DNA from: a virus
Lineage: Duplodnaviria; Caudoviricetes
Length of the DNA: 59,355 bases
Direction: 5' to 3' (one strand)
IMG/VR virus record: IMGVR_UViG_3300032247_001105
Coordinates: 1-59,355 of that record
Of the stretch, positions 52,735-59,355 are shown piece by piece (within the stretch, counting starts at the first letter, position 1; each line of letters begins with the position of its first letter). A program made the position numbers and the translations under genes. Under the pieces are notes generated by a model that worked only from the letters and a program-made list of their open reading frames with translations, was not told where the DNA came from and searched no databases.

Positions 52735-53406
52735 ATGGCCAATCTTAATACACTAAGTGATATTCATAATTATAATGTGGATATAGAAAATAGAGAAATA
52801 TATTTACATTCTCATTTATCAGATGCCGAAGAAGAATCCGGAGTCGATTATAAATCTGCTGTAGTATTTGAGAAAAATTTAAGATATTTGAATTTATTAT
52901 CTTTAGATCCTATTCTTGTTCATATGCATTTACCGGGTGGTAGTTGGGAAGATTGTTTGGGGATGTATGATGCTGTTAAAGCATCAAAAGCTAAAGTTAT
53001 TATATTAGCATATGCTAAAGCAGAATCGTCTAGCGGTGTCTTATTACAATCCGCTGATCTAAGAATATTAATGCCAAATACAAATGTGCTAATACATTAT
53101 GGATCTTTTACATTGGATGGTGAACATAGTAAAGCAGCTGTTAGTAGCATAAAATGGAATGAGCAAGAGTGCGAAAAGATGGTTGATATATTCACCGAAA
53201 GGTGTATGTGTAGTAGTCTTGCAAAAGATAAAAATTGGAAAAGAATGATGGCTAAAAAGCATATTGTGTCACAATTGGCCAATAAATGCGATTGGATTTT
53301 AACCGCTCAAGAAGCGGTTGATTATGGTTTTGCTGATGGTATTCTTGGTACAAAAAAATATCCCAACATTGATTATCTAAAAACAATCACCAAGAAGATC
53401 AAATAA
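52735..53406 (+). CDS. clpP: ClpP-like serine protease
   Basis: PGGS, AESSSG (Ser), LIHYG (His) and DWILTAQEAVDYGFAD (Asp). Confidence 0.85.
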   Translation: MANLNTLSDIHNYNVDIENREIYLHSHLSDAEEESGVDYKSAVVFEKNLRYLNLLSLDPILVHMHLPGGSWEDCLGMYDAVKASKAKVIILAYAKAESSSGVLLQSADLRILMPNTNVLIHYGSFTLDGEHSKAAVSSIKWNEQECEKMVDIFTERCMCSSLAKDKNWKRMMAKKHIVSQLANKCDWILTAQEAVDYGFADGILGTKKYPNIDYLKTITKKIK

Positions 53407-53407
53407 T

Positions 53408-54082
53408 ATGTATATAGATTTTGCTTTTATTAATACGGATACTAATGAAGTAACCGTTAAAGAAGATATAAAACAAATCTTATCACTCAATTGTGTTAAT
53501 AGTATAACTTTACCATATTATCTAATACGTGCAGCAAAATCTCTACTACTAGATTATAAAAATATAGACCTATCTTGTTTAATAGATTATCCACTAGGTA
53601 TTTCTGATCTGAAAACCAGAGTTTTTGCCATGGATCAAGCTATAAAAATGGGTGCAAATACTATTGATATAGTTATGCCACAAAATTTAGCTACTAATAG
53701 AAAATATGACAAAATCAGAGAAGATGTTAAAAATTGTATAGATTTATCTATTGAAAATAATATTAAAATTAGATATATCCTAGAATACAGAATGTTTGAC
53801 CACTCATGTTTAAAAAAATTATGTGAAATATTTGAAAACCACAATATGAGATGTGTTTTTCCATCTAGTGGATATTTTTTAGATAATTTAGCAGATAATA
53901 TCTTAGCTTCGGTCTTTCTGCATCAAAATTCTAAAGATCTAAATATTATTTGTACTGGTAATATTTGGTTAGATAAGCATTTTGATACTATAAAGAAATC
54001 TGGCCTATTTGGGTTTCGCACCACGTCCATACACAGCCTGAACAACTTTGTCAAATTTAATTTGAGTCATCCTAAAGAATAA
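53408..54082 (+). CDS. DeoC (deoxyribose-phosphate aldolase)-like TIM barrel lacking catalytic lysines
   Basis: IDYPLG and AIKMGANTIDIVM match DeoC; KTSTG is replaced by FPSSG. Confidence 0.7.
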   Translation: MYIDFAFINTDTNEVTVKEDIKQILSLNCVNSITLPYYLIRAAKSLLLDYKNIDLSCLIDYPLGISDLKTRVFAMDQAIKMGANTIDIVMPQNLATNRKYDKIREDVKNCIDLSIENNIKIRYILEYRMFDHSCLKKLCEIFENHNMRCVFPSSGYFLDNLADNILASVFLHQNSKDLNIICTGNIWLDKHFDTIKKSGLFGFRTTSIHSLNNFVKFNLSHPKE

Positions 54083-54139
54083 TGGTGTATGAATAACTAA
54101 TCAAATAACCCATTACTTAAATTATGGAGCAATTAAAAA

Positions 54140-54727
54140 ATGGCCACTTCTTCTAATAATATAACCAACTATGCAAAACAAGCTGATGGTTCTTCAGCCG
54201 TTACCAGCACAAGCACAAGAAATAATCGTGGTATCATTGCAACAGGCGCCACAATCAATAACTCACTCTTTGTAAAATTTCAACCAGTCAATTTCTCGGT
54301 TAGTGGCGTTGGTATTGGCACATATCCAACTGACGGCTCTTATACCGACAAAGCAGTTACTGCTGGTACTTTTGCTTATAATAGTAGTGGTGTGATTGTG
54401 AAGGTGACCACAAGACTTGGCAATACCAGTAATAGTGTTATGCAAAGTGGTAGCAGTATGCCTGATCAAACACAGTCTTTCAATCAGTTCCGTTCTGGTA
54501 CATATCGTTCTTACCGCTATGCTGACTTTAATATGCTAACTGGCACATTCTCAGTATCCCCATCTGGTATTAGTGATGGTATTACCTATAACAGTGGTGT
54601 TGTTGGTACTAACCAAGGTAGTGTTGACGAAGCAGCTAATCCAAACAGAACTATTCCAGGCGAATACGTTTACCTCATTGGTTCCGGCGTTGTATATGGC
54701 AACTACCCAGCAAAGAATGGTGGCTGA
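54140..54727 (+). CDS. putative virion structural protein
   Basis: S/T/G/N-rich; GGAG RBS; followed by a terminator; start of the structural region. Confidence 0.65.
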   Translation: MATSSNNITNYAKQADGSSAVTSTSTRNNRGIIATGATINNSLFVKFQPVNFSVSGVGIGTYPTDGSYTDKAVTAGTFAYNSSGVIVKVTTRLGNTSNSVMQSGSSMPDQTQSFNQFRSGTYRSYRYADFNMLTGTFSVSPSGISDGITYNSGVVGTNQGSVDEAANPNRTIPGEYVYLIGSGVVYGNYPAKNGG

Positions 54728-54769
54728 TTCAAGTTATATTATAATTCATATATAAATAGTTTAATAATT

Positions 54770-54802
54770 GAGCCATCGTACCTTGGTATGTATGGCTCTT
54801 TT
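54770..54802 (+). terminator. intrinsic terminator
   Basis: GAGCCAT-CGTACC-TT-GGTATG-T-ATGGCTC followed by TTTT. Confidence 0.7.
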
Positions 54803-54819
54803 ATTTAGGAGATCATCGT

Positions 54820-55140
54820 ATGAGTGATACTATTATTCATTTTTGGGAAAATATTGCCACAACAAGTATTGGGATTATAATTACAATGGTTGGTTTTTGG
54901 GTTACGATTGGTAAAAAAATGGTCACAAGGCCAGAAGTTTTGGAAATGATTAAAAGTGAGAGTCCATATAATCAGGATCGTCAATTTATTATGGAAAGAT
55001 TAGCTAGTAATAAAGAAACCCAGGCCGCATTTGCATCAGCACTTCAACGCAATACAGAAGTTATGACAGAACTAAAAGTTCAAATTGCCACTTTGGGAAA
55101 AACTTTAGAAGCATTAGAAGATAGAATAGAAAGAGACTAA
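54820..55140 (+). CDS. membrane-anchored coiled-coil protein
   Basis: AGGAG RBS; N-terminal TM segment and C-terminal heptads. Confidence 0.7.
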   Translation: MSDTIIHFWENIATTSIGIIITMVGFWVTIGKKMVTRPEVLEMIKSESPYNQDRQFIMERLASNKETQAAFASALQRNTEVMTELKVQIATLGKTLEALEDRIERD

Positions 55141-55142
55141 TC

Positions 55143-57413
55143 ATGGCTAATATTGCTATTTCAGCATTACCTAGTGGCACAGTAGTAACAGCTGATGATT
55201 TGCTTCTTTATGTTGATAGTCCAAGTGGATCAGCTAGTACTAGACAAATTACAGTTAATAATTTTACCACTTCTTTACAGGATTTATTAATAGCTTCTGG
55301 AATTAATGGTTTTAATAGCGCTGTTAGTGGATTATTACCAGTAAAAGATATAATAGCAGGAACCGGAATATCTATTAGTTCAACCAGTGGAGTATTCACA
55401 GTTACTAATTCTTTATGTGCTAGTGGTTCTATCGCTAGTCAAAATAGTAATAATGTTAATATTACTGGCGGTACTATAGTTGGTATTACTGATTTGGCAA
55501 TAGCAGATGGTGGAACAGGAGCCAGTTCAGCCAGTGGAGCTAGAACTAATCTTGGTTTAGGAACTATGGCAACACAGAATTCTAGTGCAGTATCTATTAG
55601 TGGTGGAAGTATTAGTGGTATTGTATTAATTGTTAATAGTGGAACCATAACCAATATTACAGATTTAGCAATCGCTGACGGTGGTACTGGAGCCAGCTCT
55701 GCTAGTGGTGCTAGAACAAACCTCGGTTTAGGTACTATGGCCGTACAAAATAGTGGTAGTGTGAATATTACTGGTGGTAGTATTAGTGGTATCTCTGATC
55801 TTGCAATAGCGGATGGTGGAACAGGAGCAAGTAGCGCATCTGCTGCACGCACTAATTTGGGCCTTGGTACATTGGCAACCCAAAATGCTAGTGGTGTTGC
55901 TATAACTGGTGGAACTATTGCTGGTATAACATGGACTGGATCAATAGTAACTAGTGGATTAACTTGTACTGGTGGTAGTATCACAAACATTACTGATCTT
56001 GCTATTGCTGATGGTGGTACTGGTGCTAGTTCGGCTAGTGGAGCAAGAAATAACCTTGGGATTGGCACACTAGGCACCCAAGATGCTTTTAATGTGGATA
56101 TGACTGGCGGTAGTATAACTGGCGTATTTATCGATTTACCAACAAGCACTATTGTGGGCGGATCTGGTATCACTGTTGCTAGATCTGGTATATCCTTTGT
56201 GATTTCTGCTGCAAGTGGTGGTGTCTCACCCGCATTGTCTGGATTAACTGATGTTACCATTACATCAGCAGTTTCCGGTAATATACTAGTATATAATGGT
56301 AATAAATGGGTCAATAATACTATTTTAGCTGGATCTGGTATTTCTGTGAGTCGCTCAGGAGTATCTTTCATTATTGCCACTAGCGGAACTGCATCAGTAG
56401 CATTGTCTGGATTAACAGATATTACTATAAGCTCGCCAGTATCTGGCAATATACTAGCATATAATGGGAATCAATGGGTTAATAAAGATGTTAATATTAA
56501 TATTAGTGGATCATTATCATCACTAGTAGTAGATAATCTTAAAATTGATAATAGTAGTATTAGTGGAATTTCAGCAAGTTATAGTATTAATGGTTTTCCT
56601 AATGGTGCTATAGTTATACAACCAAAAGATACTGGTCCATTACAGGGTTCTTATGATGGAAATGGTAGAGGAAATTATGCCACAGATTGGCAGCGATCAC
56701 GAATTAGTGGTGAGCAAATTGCTGGTGGAGATTATTCAGTATTATGTGGTGGTGCAAATAATATTATTGGTCCATCTGGTTATGGAGCACACTCTGTTAT
56801 TGGTGGTGGATATGGTAATAGAATATATGATAATGAGAATACTATAGTTGGTGGCAGAGATAATACTATCAATAATGGTATTGTTAATGGCTCTATTGGT
56901 GGTGGTAAACAAAATATTATTAATAGTTATTATAGTACTATTCCCGGAGGATATCAAGCTAAAACTCGTCTTTATGGAGAAGTATCCCATGCTGCAGGAT
57001 ATTTTGCATCACCGGGAGATGCTCAAAAAAGTACTCTTGTATTAAAGGTTGAAGTATCAGGAAATAATCCTACACCATTATTTAATGGTACATATGCTTC
57101 ATTACCAGCAAATTCTGTATGGACATATGTTGCTAATATTAGTGCATTAAGAAATAATGGTGGAAGTTATGATGCTGCTGCTGGTTTTATAATACGAGGT
57201 TGTGTTAGAAGTGATGCGAGTTCTCTATTATATGATGTTGGTTCTCCTATTGTAGATAGTTTTAAAGATGCTGCCATGAATAGTACTGATGCTATTATTG
57301 CTGGTAATAGTACATCTGGTTATCTTGATTTAATAGTTACAGGATTATCAGGTTATTGGACTAGATGGGTAGCCACAGTAGATTTAAGTCAAGTTAGTTA
57401 TGGAACTCCATAA
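55143..57413 (+). CDS. tail fibre / virion appendage protein
   Basis: 756 aa, G/S/T/I-rich; four DLAIADGGTGASSAS.AR.NLG repeats; two LSGLTD..I.S.VSGNIL.YNG..WVN repeats; GG..N repeat region. Confidence 0.8.
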   Translation: MANIAISALPSGTVVTADDLLLYVDSPSGSASTRQITVNNFTTSLQDLLIASGINGFNSAVSGLLPVKDIIAGTGISISSTSGVFTVTNSLCASGSIASQNSNNVNITGGTIVGITDLAIADGGTGASSASGARTNLGLGTMATQNSSAVSISGGSISGIVLIVNSGTITNITDLAIADGGTGASSASGARTNLGLGTMAVQNSGSVNITGGSISGISDLAIADGGTGASSASAARTNLGLGTLATQNASGVAITGGTIAGITWTGSIVTSGLTCTGGSITNITDLAIADGGTGASSASGARNNLGIGTLGTQDAFNVDMTGGSITGVFIDLPTSTIVGGSGITVARSGISFVISAASGGVSPALSGLTDVTITSAVSGNILVYNGNKWVNNTILAGSGISVSRSGVSFIIATSGTASVALSGLTDITISSPVSGNILAYNGNQWVNKDVNINISGSLSSLVVDNLKIDNSSISGISASYSINGFPNGAIVIQPKDTGPLQGSYDGNGRGNYATDWQRSRISGEQIAGGDYSVLCGGANNIIGPSGYGAHSVIGGGYGNRIYDNENTIVGGRDNTINNGIVNGSIGGGKQNIINSYYSTIPGGYQAKTRLYGEVSHAAGYFASPGDAQKSTLVLKVEVSGNNPTPLFNGTYASLPANSVWTYVANISALRNNGGSYDAAAGFIIRGCVRSDASSLLYDVGSPIVDSFKDAAMNSTDAIIAGNSTSGYLDLIVTGLSGYWTRWVATVDLSQVSYGTP
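55491..56066 (+). repeat. four intragenic DLAIADGGTGASSASxARxNLG repeats
   Basis: Copies begin at 55491, 55662, 55797 and 55995, in frame and synonymously diverged. Confidence 0.85.
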
Positions 57414-57426
57414 GGAATAATTTATT

Positions 57427-59355
57427 ATGACTGCTAATTTTAGATATAACGATGTTTTTACCAGTGGTAATATTACTAGTAGTGGAATCATTACTGGTAC
57501 TAGTGGTGTTTTTAAAAATTTAACCATTAATGGATCATCAGTAGTTAGTAGTGTGGTTGCTGGCACAGGAATGTCAGTATCATCATCAGGTGGAATTTAT
57601 ACTATAAATAGCACAGTGGCCACAGATAGTCTACAACCTAATGGATTTATTAATAGAGTAGATAGTGTTATTAGTATGAGTGGTATTACATTTAGTATTA
57701 CTCCTAGTGGTAGCTTTTATGATTTATATATTAAAGGAACCAAAGTTAGAAAAAGTGGTAGTGAAAGTGTTACTTTTGCTAATTTAACAAGTCAAAATTA
57801 TGTTTATTTTAGATTGAGCGATTATAGTTTACAATATAAAACAACAGATTTTGATTATACTACAGATTTACCAGTAGCTTATGTGGCATGGAATAGTGGC
57901 GTGCCACCGTCTGGTCAGGCTACATTCTTCGGAGAAGAGCGTCATGGTATAGTTATGGATAATGCTACACACGAATGGATTCATCGAACAGTTGGTGCTC
58001 AATATGTGGCTGGTTTGAGTCTGGACTACTATAGCACAAGTGGTACTGGTGGTTTAAGTAGTGATGCTACAGTTGGAATAGGTAGCGGACTCTTATACCA
58101 AGAAGATATTCATATTGATGTTACAAATAGTAGCAGTTCATTACCATTTCATCAAGTTATAAGTCCAACTGGACAATTTCCAATATTGTATCACAGTGGA
58201 ACAACCGGTCAATGGGTTAAAAGTACTGCTACTAATTTCCCATTATTGTATAATGCCACAGGAGCTTTATATAATTTAAATACTGGTGGAACTTGGACAA
58301 CTCCTAATGCGAGCACTGGAGCCACAAAATATATAGCAATGTGGATGCTTGGTACTAATGAAATTAATAATCCCATTATGATGATTTTGGGTCAAAGAGT
58401 AGATGGTACCAAAGGAGGTGCGGAAAATAATAATAACTGGGTAGATTTAGATTTTAGTAATTTACCAGTTAATGAATTTAAACCATTATATAGATTCATT
58501 TATGCTACCAATACCGGGTGGACTAATACTCCAAAAAGCGCATTAATTAGTGTTCTAGATTTGAGAGCATCAGCAATAAGTTCCGTTGTGGGTGTTGTGC
58601 AAAATGATCACGGTAGTTTATTCGGATTAAATGATGATGATCACTCTCAATATGTGCATATTGATATTAGTCGCACAATAACAGCAGTTCATAATTTTAG
58701 TAATGGTATCACTTTTAATGGTAGTGGAACTCAAACTTCAGCATATGTTCCAACCAATGTGGATATTACTGGTGGAAATATTAGTGGAGTTACAACAGTT
58801 AATGCTACAAGTGGCGTATTTAATATTGTTACTATTGGAACGAGTGTTATAAATAATAATATCACTATTGGTAGTGGTAGTCTTATCGCTAATAGTGGTA
58901 ATATCTCTGTTATAGTAGGTAGTGGAGTACCCTCTCAAATTAATAGTAATACTGGTTTATTAGTTTATCCTAGTATTGTTGTGAGTGGATATGGCGCTGG
59001 AACTCCAGGATATTTTCGTTGTGGTAGTGGTAATTTTACCACATCACTAACAGCAGGATCATTAGCAGTATCTGGTGGTTTAACAGTATATAGTGGCATG
59101 TTTAGTCTTGGACAAAGAGGTGGTGAGGTATTTACAGTTTATGGTAGTGCTGGAGTGAGTGGTTTATTAAATGCTTCTGGTTTGAATGTTTACAATACAA
59201 ATACTGCAATTATATCTGGTAATTTAAGTGTTGGTGGAACTATTAATGTTGCCACAGCATCAGGAAGTTTAACTGTAGCTATCGGATCTTCTAGTCCTCA
59301 GCAAAGAAGAGGTGAAGTTTTCACCGTTTACGGAAACGCTGGAGTGAGTGGTAAT
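57427..59355 (+). CDS. tail fibre / virion protein (3'-truncated by window)
   Basis: AAGGA RBS; ATG 57427 frame reads open to the window end; DHGSLFGLNDDDHSQY motif; repeated QRxGEVFTVYGxAGVSG. Confidence 0.75.
   Translation, partial: MTANFRYNDVFTSGNITSSGIITGTSGVFKNLTINGSSVVSSVVAGTGMSVSSSGGIYTINSTVATDSLQPNGFINRVDSVISMSGITFSITPSGSFYDLYIKGTKVRKSGSESVTFANLTSQNYVYFRLSDYSLQYKTTDFDYTTDLPVAYVAWNSGVPPSGQATFFGEERHGIVMDNATHEWIHRTVGAQYVAGLSLDYYSTSGTGGLSSDATVGIGSGLLYQEDIHIDVTNSSSSLPFHQVISPTGQFPILYHSGTTGQWVKSTATNFPLLYNATGALYNLNTGGTWTTPNASTGATKYIAMWMLGTNEINNPIMMILGQRVDGTKGGAENNNNWVDLDFSNLPVNEFKPLYRFIYATNTGWTNTPKSALISVLDLRASAISSVVGVVQNDHGSLFGLNDDDHSQYVHIDISRTITAVHNFSNGITFNGSGTQTSAYVPTNVDITGGNISGVTTVNATSGVFNIVTIGTSVINNNITIGSGSLIANSGNISVIVGSGVPSQINSNTGLLVYPSIVVSGYGAGTPGYFRCGSGNFTTSLTAGSLAVSGGLTVYSGMFSLGQRGGEVFTVYGSAGVSGLLNASGLNVYNTNTAIISGNLSVGGTINVATASGSLTVAIGSSSPQQRRGEVFTVYGNAGVSGN

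Noticed and set aside
54820-55140. Calling this gene a holin
   Set aside because: One TM segment plus a coiled coil is not specific, and no endolysin is adjacent.
55439-56449. 336-aa minus-strand ORF
   Set aside because: Antisense shadow of the repetitive Gly/Ser/Thr/Ala-rich fibre gene; it mirrors the same repeats and has no RBS.
1-59355. Stop-codon reassignment, as seen in some large phages
   Set aside because: Recognisable genes are full length under the standard code, TAA, TGA and TAG all end coupled genes, and no suppressor tRNA was found.

Overview
This window is a segment of a large, AT-rich tailed-phage genome with essentially all genes on the + strand and the standard genetic code. 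A Planctomycetota host is inferred from the style of its secreted peptides but not shown. The 1-30 kb part holds many small early/middle genes, nucleotide-metabolism and DNA-repair genes (thyX, uvsE, ATP-dependent ligase, HhH glycosylase, rIIA/rIIB, ruvB), four tRNAs (Asn-GTT, Ser-ACT, Ile-TAT, short-arm Leu-TAA), a tRNA-like element and a tmRNA. The 31-48 kb part is a glycan-biosynthesis island (GT11, GT6, GT2, GT4, GT23-like, HtrL-like, UDP-sugar dehydrogenase, kinase, nucleotidyltransferase-HAD, methyltransferases) that also carries guaC. The 48-59 kb part has ferritin-like, sigma-factor, ClpP-like and DeoC-like genes and the start of the virion/tail-fibre module. The strongest unexplained structure is regulatory. 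Twelve promoters in the first 23 kb carry a sigma28/FliA-type element, T(A/C/G)AA(G/T)-N15/16-G(C/T)CGAT, at fixed spacing, nested in or next to an ordinary sigma70 promoter whose register slides relative to it. Other notable items are two non-coding repeat families near the left end, two homologous minus-strand promoter-leader units, a Zn-ribbon/RuvA-domain-III protein upstream of ruvB, and apparent pseudoenzymes. All protein assignments come from motif recognition by eye, not from database searches.
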